64,000 nt of DNA from a virus (taxonomy: Duplodnaviria; Heunggongvirae; Uroviricota; Caudoviricetes), in IMG/VR virus record IMGVR_UViG_2687453623_000004; one strand, written 5' to 3'. Of the stretch, positions 40,702-51,792 are shown one piece after another. The translations under genes were made by a program, and so were the position numbers. A model generated the notes under the pieces. The model had not been told where the DNA came from. It saw only the letters and a program-made list of their open reading frames with translations, and did no database searches. Position 1 is the stretch's first letter. Each line of letters begins with the position of its first letter.

Positions 40702-42462
40702 ATGACGCAAACATTTATCCCCGGCAAAGATGCCGCTCTGGAAGATTCCATCGCTCGCTTCCAGCAAAAACTTTCAGACCTCGGTTTTCAGATTGAAGAG
40801 GCCTCCTGGCTGAATCCCGTGCCTAATGTCTGGTCTGTACATATTCGCGACAAAGAGTGCGCACTGTGTTTTACCAACGGTAAAGGCGCAACCAAAAAAG
40901 CGGCGCTGGCTTCTGCCCTCGGTGAATATTTCGAGCGTCTCTCAACCAACTACTTTTTTGCGGACTTCTGGCTGGGCGAAACCATCGCCAACGGCCCATT
41001 CGTGCATTATCCCAACGAAAAATGGTTCCCACTGACCGAAAATGACGATGTACCAGAAGGGCTGCTCGATGACCGTCTGCGCGCATTTTACGATCCGGAG
41101 AATGAACTGACCGGTAGTATGCTGATTGACCTGCAATCCGGTAACGAAGATCGTGGTATTTGCGGTCTACCGTTTACGCGCCAGTCCGACAATCAGACCA
41201 TTTATATTCCGATGAATATCATTGGTAACTTGTACGTTTCTAACGGTATGTCTGCTGGCAATACCCGTAACGAAGCACGCGTTCAGGGGTTATCCGAAGT
41301 TTTCGAACGTTACGTGAAAAACCGCATTATTGCTGAAAGCATCAGCTTGCCGGAAATCCCGGCAGACGTGCTGGCACGTTATCCAGCAGTAGTTGAAGCG
41401 ATCGAAACGCTGGAAGCGGAAGGTTTCCCGATCTTCGCTTATGACGGTTCGCTTGGCGGCCAGTATCCGGTGATTTGCGTGGTACTGTTCAATCCTGCTA
41501 ACGGTACCTGCTTTGCCTCATTCGGTGCGCATCCTGATTTTGGCGTTGCACTGGAACGTACCGTGACCGAGTTGCTGCAAGGTCGTGGCCTGAAAGATCT
41601 GGATGTGTTTACTCCACCAACCTTCGATGATGAAGAAGTCGCTGAACATACCAACCTCGAAACGCACTTTATCGATTCCAGCGGTTTAATCTCCTGGGAC
41701 CTGTTCAAGCAGGATGCCGATTATCCGTTTGTTGACTGGAGCTTCTCCGGCACCACGGAAGAAGAGTTCGCCACGCTGATGGCTATCTTCAAAAAGGAAG
41801 ATAAAGAAGTTTATATTGCCGATTACGAGCATCTGGGTGTCTACTCTTGCCGTATTATCGTACCTGGCATGTCCGATATTTATCCGGCTGAAGATCTGTG
41901 GTTGGCGAATAACAGTATGGGCAGCCATTTACGTGAAACGATTCTGTCACTGCCCGGTAGCGAGTGGGAAAAGGAAGATTACCTGAACCTCATCGAGCAA
42001 CTGGATGAAGAAGGTTTTGATGACTTTACCCGCGTGCGTGAACTGTTGGGCCTGGCGACCGGGTCGGATAACGGCTGGTACACTCTGCGTATCGGTGAAT
42101 TAAAAGCCATGCTGGCGCTGGCTGGTGGCGATCTGGAACAGGCTCTGGTCTGGACCGAATGGACGATGGAGTTTAACTCATCAGTATTCAGCCCGGAACG
42201 CGCCAATTATTATCGCTGCCTGCAAACATTGTTATTACTGGCGCAGGAAGAAGATCGCCAGCCGCTGCAATATCTGAATGCGTTTGTTCGCATGTACGGC
42301 GCAGATGCCGTGGAAGCCGCCAGTGCAGCAATGAGCGGCGAAGCGGCGTTTTATGGCTTGCAACCAGTAGATAGCGATCTGCACGCGTTTGCTGCACATC
42401 AGTCGTTGTTGAAGGCCTACGAAAAGCTGCAACGCGCCAAAGCAGCATTCTGGGCAAAATAA
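40702..42462 (+). CDS. ycaO: YcaO (ribosomal protein S12 methylthiolation accessory factor)
   Basis: Start taken at MTQTFIPGKDAALE (track ORF has an 11-aa N-terminal extension). Confidence 0.9.
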   Translation: MTQTFIPGKDAALEDSIARFQQKLSDLGFQIEEASWLNPVPNVWSVHIRDKECALCFTNGKGATKKAALASALGEYFERLSTNYFFADFWLGETIANGPFVHYPNEKWFPLTENDDVPEGLLDDRLRAFYDPENELTGSMLIDLQSGNEDRGICGLPFTRQSDNQTIYIPMNIIGNLYVSNGMSAGNTRNEARVQGLSEVFERYVKNRIIAESISLPEIPADVLARYPAVVEAIETLEAEGFPIFAYDGSLGGQYPVICVVLFNPANGTCFASFGAHPDFGVALERTVTELLQGRGLKDLDVFTPPTFDDEEVAEHTNLETHFIDSSGLISWDLFKQDADYPFVDWSFSGTTEEEFATLMAIFKKEDKEVYIADYEHLGVYSCRIIVPGMSDIYPAEDLWLANNSMGSHLRETILSLPGSEWEKEDYLNLIEQLDEEGFDDFTRVRELLGLATGSDNGWYTLRIGELKAMLALAGGDLEQALVWTEWTMEFNSSVFSPERANYYRCLQTLLLLAQEEDRQPLQYLNAFVRMYGADAVEAASAAMSGEAAFYGLQPVDSDLHAFAAHQSLLKAYEKLQRAKAAFWAK

Positions 42463-42795
42463 AATCAAATAGCCTACGCAATGTAGGCTTAATGATTCGT
42501 CTGAGTTATATTACGGGGCGTTTTTTTAATGCCCCGCTTTACATATATTTGCATTAATAAAATAATTGTAATTATAAGGTTAAATATCGGTAATTCGTAT
42601 TTAATAAATACGATCGATATTGTTACTTTATTCGCCAGGTGCTCCCTTTTAATTAACTGTTTTAGCGGAGGATGCGGAAAAAATTCAACTCATTTGTTAA
42701 TTTTTAAAATTTATTTTTATTTGGATAATCAAATATTTACTCCGTATTTGCATAAAAACCATGCGAGTTACGGGCCTATAAGCCAGGCGAGATAT

Positions 42796-42821
42796 GATCT
42801 ATATCAATTTCTCATCTATAA
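42796..42821 (+). promoter_or_regulatory. Putative FNR-dependent promoter upstream of focA
   Basis: TGATCTATATCAA (FNR consensus TTGAT-N4-ATCAA) followed by TATAAT at 42816-42821. Confidence 0.4.
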
Positions 42822-42867
42822 TGCTTTGTTAGTATCTCGTCGCCGACTTAATAAAGAGAGAGTTAGT

Positions 42868-43725
42868 GTGAAAGCTGACAACCCTTTTGATCTTTTACTT
42901 CCTGCTGCAATGGCCAAAGTGGCCGAAGAGGCAGGTGTCTATAAAGCAACGAAACATCCGCTTAAGACTTTCTATCTGGCGATTACCGCCGGTGTTTTCA
43001 TCTCAATCGCATTCGTCTTCTATATCACAGCAACCACTGGCACAGGTACAATGCCCTTCGGCATGGCAAAACTGATTGGCGGCATTTGCTTCTCTCTGGG
43101 GTTGATTCTTTGTGTTGTCTGCGGAGCCGATCTCTTTACTTCCACAGTGTTGATTGTTGTTGCCAAGGCGAGTGGGCGCATCACCTGGGGTCAGTTGGCG
43201 AAAAACTGGCTAAATGTTTATTTTGGCAACCTGGTCGGCGCACTGCTGTTTGTACTTTTAATGTGGCTTTCCGGCGAGTATATGACCGCAAATGGTCAAT
43301 GGGGACTAAACGTCCTACAAACCGCCGACCACAAAGTGCACCATACTTTTATTGAGGCCGTCTGTCTTGGTATCCTGGCAAACCTGATGGTATGTCTGGC
43401 AGTATGGATGAGTTATTCTGGCCGCAGCCTGATGGACAAAGCGTTCATTATGGTGCTGCCGGTCGCGATGTTTGTTGCCAGCGGTTTTGAGCACAGTATC
43501 GCAAACATGTTTATGATCCCGATGGGTATTGTAATCCGCGACTTCGCATCTCCGGAATTCTGGACCGCTGTCGGTTCTGCACCGGAAAATTTTTCTCACC
43601 TGACCGTGATGAACTTCATCACTGATAACCTGATTCCGGTTACGATCGGTAATATTATCGGCGGTGGTTTGTTGGTTGGGTTGACATACTGGGTCATTTA
43701 CCTGCGTGAAAACGATCACCATTAA
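42868..43725 (+). CDS. focA: Formate channel FocA (GTG start)
   Basis: Start at GTG 42868 giving (M)KADNPFDLLLPAAMAKV...; track ORF extends spuriously upstream. Confidence 0.9.
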   Translation: MKADNPFDLLLPAAMAKVAEEAGVYKATKHPLKTFYLAITAGVFISIAFVFYITATTGTGTMPFGMAKLIGGICFSLGLILCVVCGADLFTSTVLIVVAKASGRITWGQLAKNWLNVYFGNLVGALLFVLLMWLSGEYMTANGQWGLNVLQTADHKVHHTFIEAVCLGILANLMVCLAVWMSYSGRSLMDKAFIMVLPVAMFVASGFEHSIANMFMIPMGIVIRDFASPEFWTAVGSAPENFSHLTVMNFITDNLIPVTIGNIIGGGLLVGLTYWVIYLRENDHH

Positions 43726-43779
43726 TGGTTGTCGAAGTACGCAGTAAATAAAAAATCCACTTAAGAAGGTAGGTGTTAC

Positions 43780-46062
43780 ATGTCCGAGCTTAATGAAAAG
43801 TTAGCCACAGCCTGGGAAGGTTTTACCAAAGGTGACTGGCAGAATGAAGTAAACGTCCGTGACTTCATTCAGAAAAACTACACTCCGTACGAGGGTGACG
43901 AGTCCTTCCTGGCTGGCGCTACTGAAGCGACCACCACCCTGTGGGACAAAGTAATGGAAGGCGTTAAACTGGAAAACCGCACTCACGCGCCAGTTGACTT
44001 TGACACCGCTGTTGCTTCCACCATCACCTCTCACGACGCTGGTTACATCAACAAGCAGCTTGAGAAAATCGTTGGTCTGCAGACTGAAGCTCCGCTGAAA
44101 CGTGCTCTTATCCCGTTCGGTGGTATCAAAATGATCGAAGGTTCCTGCAAAGCGTACAACCGCGAACTGGACCCGATGATCAAAAAAATCTTCACTGAAT
44201 ACCGTAAAACTCACAACCAGGGCGTGTTCGACGTTTACACTCCGGACATCCTGCGTTGCCGTAAATCCGGTGTTCTGACCGGTCTGCCAGATGCTTATGG
44301 CCGTGGTCGTATCATCGGTGACTACCGTCGCGTTGCACTGTACGGTATCGACTACCTGATGAAAGACAAACTTGCACAGTTCACCTCTCTGCAGGCTGAT
44401 CTGGAAAACGGCGTAAACCTGGAACAGACTATCCGTCTGCGCGAAGAAATCGCTGAACAGCACCGCGCTCTGGGTCAGATGAAAGAAATGGCTGCGAAAT
44501 ACGGCTACGACATCTCTGGTCCGGCTACTAACGCTCAGGAAGCTATCCAGTGGACTTACTTCGGCTACCTGGCTGCTGTTAAGTCTCAGAACGGTGCTGC
44601 AATGTCCTTCGGTCGTACCTCCACCTTCCTGGATGTGTACATCGAACGTGACCTGAAAGCTGGCAAGATCACCGAACAAGAAGCGCAGGAAATGGTTGAC
44701 CACCTGGTCATGAAACTGCGTATGGTTCGCTTCCTGCGTACTCCGGAATACGATGAACTGTTCTCTGGCGACCCGATCTGGGCAACCGAATCTATCGGTG
44801 GTATGGGCCTCGACGGTCGTACCCTGGTTACCAAAAACAGCTTCCGTTTCCTGAACACCCTGTACACCATGGGTCCGTCTCCGGAACCGAACATGACCAT
44901 TCTGTGGTCTGAAAAACTGCCGCTGAACTTCAAGAAATTCGCCGCTAAAGTGTCCATCGACACCTCTTCTCTGCAGTATGAGAACGATGACCTGATGCGT
45001 CCGGACTTCAACAACGATGACTACGCTATTGCTTGCTGCGTAAGCCCGATGATCGTTGGTAAACAAATGCAGTTCTTCGGTGCGCGTGCAAACCTGGCGA
45101 AAACCATGCTGTACGCAATCAACGGTGGCGTTGACGAAAAACTGAAAATGCAGGTTGGTCCGAAATCTGAGCCGATCAAAGGCGATGTCCTGAACTATGA
45201 TGAAGTGATGGAGCGCATGGATCACTTCATGGACTGGCTGGCTAAACAGTACATCACTGCACTGAACATCATCCACTACATGCACGACAAGTACAGCTAC
45301 GAAGCCTCTCTGATGGCGCTGCACGACCGTGACGTTATCCGCACCATGGCGTGTGGTATCGCTGGTCTGTCCGTTGCTGCTGACTCCCTGTCTGCAATCA
45401 AATATGCGAAAGTTAAACCGATTCGTGATGAAGACGGTCTGGCTATCGACTTCGAAATCGAAGGCGAATACCCGCAGTTTGGTAACAACGATCCGCGTGT
45501 AGATGACCTGGCTGTTGACCTGGTAGAACGTTTCATGAAGAAAATTCAGAAACTGCACACCTACCGTGACGCTATCCCGACTCAGTCTGTTCTGACCATC
45601 ACTTCTAACGTTGTGTATGGTAAGAAAACTGGTAACACCCCAGACGGTCGTCGTGCTGGCGCGCCGTTCGGACCGGGTGCTAACCCGATGCACGGTCGTG
45701 ACCAGAAAGGTGCTGTAGCGTCTCTGACTTCCGTTGCTAAACTGCCGTTTGCTTACGCTAAAGATGGTATCTCCTACACCTTCTCTATCGTTCCGAACGC
45801 ACTGGGTAAAGACGACGAAGTTCGTAAGACCAACCTGGCTGGTCTGATGGATGGTTACTTCCACCACGAAGCATCCATCGAAGGTGGTCAGCACCTGAAC
45901 GTTAACGTGATGAACCGTGAAATGCTGCTCGACGCGATGGAAAACCCGGAAAAATATCCGCAGCTGACCATCCGTGTATCTGGCTACGCAGTACGTTTCA
46001 ACTCGCTGACTAAAGAACAGCAGCAGGACGTTATTACTCGTACCTTCACTCAATCTATGTAA
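43780..46062 (+). CDS. pflB: Pyruvate formate-lyase
   Basis: 760 aa; glycyl-radical motif region near the C-terminus. Confidence 0.95.
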
Positions 46063-46103
46063 TTAGATTTGACTGAAATCGTACAGTAAAAAGCGTACAA
46101 TAA

Positions 46104-46130
46104 AGGCTCCACGAAAGTGGGGCCTTTTTT
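46104..46130 (+). terminator. Rho-independent terminator after pflB
   Basis: GGCTCCAC-GAAA-GTGGGGCC followed by TTTTTT. Confidence 0.5.
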
Positions 46131-46253
46131 AGCACGAGAGCCTTTTTTGTCAGCTATCTATACTTTAAGGTGACTGCCAAAACAGACTCGACGTAGCCTT
46201 CGAGCTGCGCACCAACACGGCCTCAGATGGGCCACATCTGGAGAAACACCGCA

Positions 46254-46280
46254 ATGTCAGTTATTGGTGACATTTTTTGA
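46254..46280 (+). pseudogene. pflA: 5' end of pflA (first five codons MSVIG) fused to prophage DNA; reads MSVIGDIF-stop
   Basis: ATGTCAGTTATTGGT preceded by GGAGAAACACC about 190 bp after pflB; sequence diverges from what I recall of pflA (cgcattcac...) at 46269. Confidence 0.55.
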
Positions 46281-46343
46281 TATCTAATCACATGAAATAA
46301 AAGGATTTATTTCTGGTCACGTCCACACATTGACCACATCGAC

Positions 46344-46368
46344 AAAAAAAGCCCCTCGACTGAGGGGC
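46344..46368 (-). terminator. Rho-independent terminator downstream of ogr
   Basis: GCCCCTC-AGTC-GAGGGGC followed by TTTTTTT on the minus strand. Confidence 0.5.
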
Positions 46369-46381
46369 TTTCCATTTGTAA

Positions 46382-46600
46382 TTACATCCACATAATTTGC
46401 TGCCCTGACGGCAACGGGTGCGGCCTTACGGCGTGGACTTCTCCCGGCTTCACGATGTATCGCTGTACCGACTCATAGGTGATGAACGTGGCGCTGCAAT
46501 TCACGTTCTGACACTGGTGATAACGCTCTTTTGTCGTGTCAGTGATATAGCGGCTTGTACGCGCATGTGCGGCATGCTGGCATAAAGGACAATGAAACAT
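46382..46600 (-). CDS. ogr: Ogr/Delta zinc-finger late-gene activator
   Basis: MFHCPLCQHAAHARTSRYITDTTKERYHQCQNVNCSATF... 72 aa from the internal Met; four Cys. Confidence 0.85.
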   Translation of the reverse strand: MFHCPLCQHAAHARTSRYITDTTKERYHQCQNVNCSATFITYESVQRYIVKPGEVHAVRPHPLPSGQQIMWM

Positions 46601-46681
46601 CGCGAGCACCTCTTCCGGTTTTGTTGACGGTGCCATTTTAGTTAATTTATCCTTACAAAACAAACAGATAAATAAAACACA

Positions 46682-47845
46682 TCACTCATCACCTTCTGTT
46701 TCGTACTCCACATCAGAAAGCCTGACCTCAAGCTCTAAGGACGTCGTGAAGCCGCTATTATTCAGAAAATGTGTCACCTTAGTGATTGTCCAGTCCTGCT
46801 CGTCTATGACGCGCTTAAAGCCTGACACTTTGACCGGCGTTTCCGTGTAAATATCTGCCCGACCGGTAGCCAGACTGATGGAGAACTCCGCAACGCCCCG
46901 TTGCAGTTTATCCCACTTCGCCTGAGCGGCACGCATGGCCTGCGCTTTCGTGGCATATACCGTGGTCAGGGCAAAAACGTTGTCAGCCTCACCGGCCATG
47001 TATTCACCTTCACGCGCTTCCGGTACTTTAGGCGCTTTCTTCTGCCTGACCGGTTTCGCTTTCGGGTGCTCCAGTGCGCGCAGGTGTTTCTCTTTCTTTT
47101 TGCGTTTCAGTTTTACCTTCTGCTTTTGCGGTTTCGGGTCTTTGGTGTGTAACCACTTTGCCGTTACGCCTGTATAGGCTCCGCGGTCAGCAATCGCAAA
47201 ATGATGACGGTCGCCGTCGCTGCGGGTGATGGTAATCTGCGGGATTTTTTTACCGCTGGCCGTCACCCCCTGCCCCGCTTTGAGAAACAGCAGTTTTCCC
47301 ATTTTTACCGACACCTCACCGCCGTTGCGTTCAGCAAGACGGGTCAGGAATTTCGCATCAGACTCCTGCGACTGGTCGATGTGCGGGATTTTAATTCCTG
47401 CCAGTGACGGCGCGACACTGGCTTCCAGCCTGTTACGGGAGGCTATCGCCTCAACAATCGCACCGAGCGTGGTGTCATGCCATGAGCCTTCACGGCGGGA
47501 ATTGAGCGTCCCGCGAAAATCTGCACTCCGGGCGCGGATGGTGACCACATCCGGTGCGCCCCGGTGTTCAACCTCATCAACGGTGAATTTCCCTTTGCAT
47601 ACCAGGGCAAAACCTTTCCAGCCGATATACACCGTCAGGACAGCGCCACGAACCGGCAGCTCGACCTGCCCGTCGGCATCGTTCAGTTCAATATCAAGCT
47701 GGTCAGCCTCAAAGCCCCGGTTATCCGTCAGGGTCATGCTCATCAGACGGTCGCTGATATTGCCGGTAATATCCCTGCTGTCGAGCACCAGCATGTAATC
47801 CGGCGTCAGCGTACTGCCTGCATCAAATGTCAGTGCATCCAGCAT
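46682..47845 (-). CDS. D: Tail protein D
   Basis: 387 aa, same size and position as P2 gpD. Confidence 0.8.
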   Translation of the reverse strand: MLDALTFDAGSTLTPDYMLVLDSRDITGNISDRLMSMTLTDNRGFEADQLDIELNDADGQVELPVRGAVLTVYIGWKGFALVCKGKFTVDEVEHRGAPDVVTIRARSADFRGTLNSRREGSWHDTTLGAIVEAIASRNRLEASVAPSLAGIKIPHIDQSQESDAKFLTRLAERNGGEVSVKMGKLLFLKAGQGVTASGKKIPQITITRSDGDRHHFAIADRGAYTGVTAKWLHTKDPKPQKQKVKLKRKKKEKHLRALEHPKAKPVRQKKAPKVPEAREGEYMAGEADNVFALTTVYATKAQAMRAAQAKWDKLQRGVAEFSISLATGRADIYTETPVKVSGFKRVIDEQDWTITKVTHFLNNSGFTTSLELEVRLSDVEYETEGDE

Positions 47846-48324
47846 TATCCCGCCCCCGTCATACCCGTGAATTTAGTCGCCATACTGCCAGCCTTACCGA
47901 TGAGCGATTCCGCCTGTTTACCGATATCGCCATAAAGCGCGGCCAGTGATTCATCAACGCGGGTGAGCGACAGCGTAAAATCAATTTTCCGGGGTGTGCC
48001 GTCTGCAAAGAAAATACTCCCTGTTTCACTCACCTTGCTGATGACATACATGCCGTAAATCATGCCGGTGCCATCCAGCAACGGCCACGCCCGCCCCTCC
48101 TCTGCCATCAGCCTGAGCGTGGTCATCGTCAGCTTGCCGCCGGTCAGTTCGGGATAAAGCACACCGGCAAGCGTCATGTTTTCCTCACCCACACCGAGAA
48201 ACTGGTAGGCATCCCGTTTACCGATACGGGAATTTGACGGCCAGCGATAATCTGATTCACGCTGCATGGTCTGGTGTGGCAGCGTCTGGCGCATAAAAAC
48301 AAACATACCTAACGCGAGCATCAT
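47845..48324 (-). CDS. U: Tail protein U
   Basis: 159 aa. Confidence 0.8.
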   Translation of the reverse strand: MMLALGMFVFMRQTLPHQTMQRESDYRWPSNSRIGKRDAYQFLGVGEENMTLAGVLYPELTGGKLTMTTLRLMAEEGRAWPLLDGTGMIYGMYVISKVSETGSIFFADGTPRKIDFTLSLTRVDESLAALYGDIGKQAESLIGKAGSMATKFTGMTGAG

Positions 48325-48338
48325 TTTTCGTCACCTCC

Positions 48339-50785
48339 TTAACCGTCATGCATCATGCTGGCACGGGCGCGCGCTCGTTTATCCCGCTCGTATTTTTCGA
48401 GCGCATCCTGTAACTGGCGGTCGAGCTGTGTCCCCGGCGCAGTACCACCCGTCAGGCTGATGTGATATTCGTTTTTACTCTGGTCTACATAAGAGCGGCC
48501 AGCCGGTGCCGTGACCGGCTGATAAGCCTGATAACCTGCATAAGAGCTGGTCGCCGGAATATAACCACCGCTGCCATACGTGGCGGCTTGAGTTCTGGCG
48601 GCGGTCTGGTCAAGTGTGTCTGACTCTTTGTTGATAACACCGAGTTTTTCCAGTACCCAGTCAATACCACTGCGCAGTTTGTTGAACGCATTAAGCGGCA
48701 GCATCAGCGCGTCAGCCAGTGCCTGCCCGAACATGACGCCCGTGTCACGGCAACGGTTCAGGGTGTCCTGGGTGGCTTTGACCGGGGCAATCAGGTTTTT
48801 AAACCACTGCCACGCGGCCTGTAACTTTTCACCCAGCCAGTCAAACACCGGTTTAAGTGGCGTGAACAGTTCCCCCACCGGCGTAAATGCCGCTTTCAGC
48901 CCTTCCACCACACCGCCAAAGAATGCGCTGACAGGCTCCCAGTATTTACGGATAAGCAACGCCCCGGCGACAATGGCGGCCACCACGGCCACAACCGGCC
49001 AGCTAATCGCCCCGATGGCGGTCATAACAGCACTGCCAACCGTCGTGAAGATTGCCCCCATTGCGCCTGCTGCCGCGATGATGGCATTGATGCCGGTGAT
49101 AACCGGCCAGGCTACGAGGCCAATGGCACCGATGACACCAATCAGTGCCAGTGCACCACCGACAATGATGCCGATGGTTGACGCCAGTGATTTGTTTTTC
49201 TGGATCCAGCCGTCGAGTTTTAACACATACTTTGTGGCCGTCTGCGTGAGATTACGCAGTGCGCCTTCCTGCTGGTCAAACAGGTCAGTCCCCACCGCCT
49301 CATAAGCGGACTGAAACTCCTTAAAGTCACCGCCGAGGTTATCCTGCATGATTTTAACCAGCTCTTCCGTTTTACCGTCCGAGGCTTTCAGCGTGGCGGT
49401 CAGCTTATCCAGTTTTCCGCTTGCTGCCGCTGCCAGTAAAACGTTCGCTGATTTCAGGGCTTCCTCACCAAAAATGGTTTTAAGGTATTCCCCCTTCTGA
49501 GACGTTCCCAGCTTGTGTTTATCAAAGCTGGCCTGAATCTCTTTCAGAATGGTGAACAACGGACGCATATTTCCCTTTTTGTCCGAGGTTTTAACGCCAA
49601 GCTCTTTGAGTGCATCCCATGCTTTTCCAGTCGGTGCCTGTAATCGGGTGACAACGGCACTACTACCCGTACCCGCCATTGACCCCCTGATGTTATTGTC
49701 ATGCAGCACACCTGTCATGGCCGCTGCCTGCTCAAGACTTACGCCTGCCGTCCTCGCAACCGGCCCGAGGTAAGTCAGTGCATCACTGAGTCCCTGAAAA
49801 TCAGCGCCGACTTATTCATCGTTGCAGACAACACGTCGCCCACATGGCTGACATCATCATTTGACAGTTGAAAGGATGCCTTAGTCCCCAGCAACAGTTG
49901 CGCGTTTTCTTCCATCGACCGCTGATTCGCCAGTGCCATATTCAGCGTGACCGGCGTTGCCGCCTGAATAGCCGCAGCATCTCCACCCGCTTTCGCAATG
50001 ATAATCTGCGCACCGGCCGCATCATCCGCCGAGGCGGCTGTGTTGTCACCGAGCTGGCGCGCCTGTTTGCGGAGTGCGGTCATTTCGGCGGAGTCTTTTG
50101 CCACTCCGAGCACGGCCTGCAATTCTGAGTTTTTCTGCGCAAACTCATAACCGGGCATCAGCAGCTTAACTCCGGCCATCGTTCCCGCAGCAGCAATCCC
50201 CGCACCGGCAGCGCCCACTGAGGCCATATTTCCGGCCAGTTCCTTTCCTGCCTGATAACGCTGTTTGACTGCGTTAAGTTTTGCCTGTTGTACACTGACA
50301 CGCGCCAGCGCGTCACGCTGACGGTTAAGCTGTGCGGTGGTTTCACTGATACGGTTTTTCAGTCCCTGCTCATCATGTGCAAGATTGCGGGTATTAATTC
50401 CCACAGCGGCCAGTTCTCGCTGCTGGCGTTTAACGGAATCTGTCAGGCGGTTATATTTCGCCTGTAAGTCCTCCGCCGCACGCTTTGCGGATTCCAGCAC
50501 TTTCGCCTGAGCACGGGTCGGACGTTCGGTGTTTTTAAACTGTGTGGCAAGGGCTTCGGCTTCCTGTCGAGCCTTTTCAAATGCATGACCAGTCACGGCG
50601 AGCTGTGCACTGGTCTTGCGGAATCCCTCAATACGGGATGCGTGACCGTTCAGCTCGCGCAGTGATTTTTGTGTTTCCCGGATATCCCCCGACAGCGACT
50701 TGCTCGCTGTACGGATGGATTTAAACGGGCGGGATGCCTGGTCAACAGCCCTGAGCAATACCTGTAATTTTACATTGTTACTCAT
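48339..50785 (-). pseudogene. T: Tail tape measure gene T, split by a frameshift into 336-aa and about 487-aa reading frames
   Basis: Two minus-strand ORFs in different frames overlapping only at 49778-49811, which contains an AAAA run; combined length about 812 aa versus roughly 815 aa for P2 T (from memory). Confidence 0.6.
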
Positions 50786-51205
50786 TCGTGTTTCCGCTTC
50801 GCCGGAGCGCCTTTTCGCGCCATGTGATGAGTTCGGTCAGGCTCATGGGATACAGTTCTGATGGCGGCCAGTGAAATATCACTGCCACATCCGCCATCAG
50901 GTCATCGACCGAGAGATTTTTCGGAAACGTTACTGCACCGAGTTCGGCGACAAAAAACCGACCACCTTACCGGCCAGCGCCACAAGGTCAGGCAGCTCCA
51001 GCGCGGCGACCTCCTGCTCAGTCAGCATCGGTGCCGTCATGCGCGGCAGCACTTTAATCAGTGCATCGACTTCGGAGTTCGCGACCGCAGCCAGACTGAC
51101 ACCGCGCAGCGTCCCGGCATTGGGTTTCATCAGCGTGACCTGTTCGATAACCTGCTCACCACGCTTGACCGGATTGTCCAGGGTAATCACATTTTCTTTG
51201 TTCAT
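50781..51205 (-). CDS. E+E' frameshift product (programmed -1 shift at the T-TTT-TTG slippery run)
   Basis: Minus-strand G GTT TTT TGT at 50951-50957; the -1 frame continues to a TAA overlapping the T start (AATGAGTAA). Confidence 0.55.
50930..51205 (-). CDS. E: Tail assembly chaperone E
   Basis: 91 aa; ends ...GKVVGFLSPNSVQ. Confidence 0.8.
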   Translation of the reverse strand: MNKENVITLDNPVKRGEQVIEQVTLMKPNAGTLRGVSLAAVANSEVDALIKVLPRMTAPMLTEQEVAALELPDLVALAGKVVGFLSPNSVQ

Positions 51206-51261
51206 GGTTTTCTCACTTCTGAATCAGGGTTAACCGGTCAGCCTGGCTGACCGGATGAAAA

Positions 51262-51780
51262 TCACAGGCCGATATTGCGGCGGTGTTGCTCCAGCCGGTC
51301 GACGCCGTTCACCTTCTCAATCATGTTGATGGTGTCGATTTCGACCAGCTCCTTACCGTCCATCGTCAGCCGGAAATAGGTGCAGACCACGGAGATTTTC
51401 GACTCGGTGTCTTCTCCCTGTTTACCCTCTCCGGTGTCGATTTCTTTCTGACGTCCACGCATGACCACTTCGACGGCCACCGTTTCGCCGGTATCGTCAC
51501 GCTGGTAAGAGCCTGCAAAACGAATCGGCACGGCATCCACGCCGGTTGCGGCGTAAAGCTCCCAGATAACCGAATCCGGGAAGCCCCCGAGCGACCACTC
51601 CATTGACAGCGCATCGTCATCAAGGCCGAGGTCTACCGGTGCGCTGCCGTTCATCCCCGCACCGCGATAGTTTTCGAGCTTACGGGTCAGTTTTGGCAGC
51701 GTGACGGACTTTGCAACGCCCTGATAGCTGTAGCCGTTCAGAAAGACGTTCATTAACTTGAGTTTGCGCGGCATTGCCAT
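51262..51780 (-). CDS. FII: Tail tube protein FII
   Basis: 172 aa. Confidence 0.85.
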   Translation of the reverse strand: MAMPRKLKLMNVFLNGYSYQGVAKSVTLPKLTRKLENYRGAGMNGSAPVDLGLDDDALSMEWSLGGFPDSVIWELYAATGVDAVPIRFAGSYQRDDTGETVAVEVVMRGRQKEIDTGEGKQGEDTESKISVVCTYFRLTMDGKELVEIDTINMIEKVNGVDRLEQHRRNIGL

Positions 51781-51792
51781 CGGTCAGGCTCC

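Noticed and set aside
42529-42867. N-terminal extension of the focA ORF in the track (398 aa)
   Set aside because: The extension is AT-rich promoter DNA (FNR site, -10 box); focA starts at GTG 42868, giving the expected roughly 285-aa channel.
43801-46053. 750-aa ORF on the minus strand covering pflB
   Set aside because: Antisense to the unmistakable pflB gene; the protein is low-complexity and lacks any recognisable family. Long antisense ORFs in several other genes (e.g. 4145-4897, 14683-15975, 20370-21104, 22731-23615) were rejected for the same reason.
46063-46381. tRNA or tmRNA gene as the integration target of the P2-like prophage
   Set aside because: No tRNA-like stem pattern or conserved T-loop (GGTTCGAATCC-type) seen; the junction instead matches the pflA 5' end.
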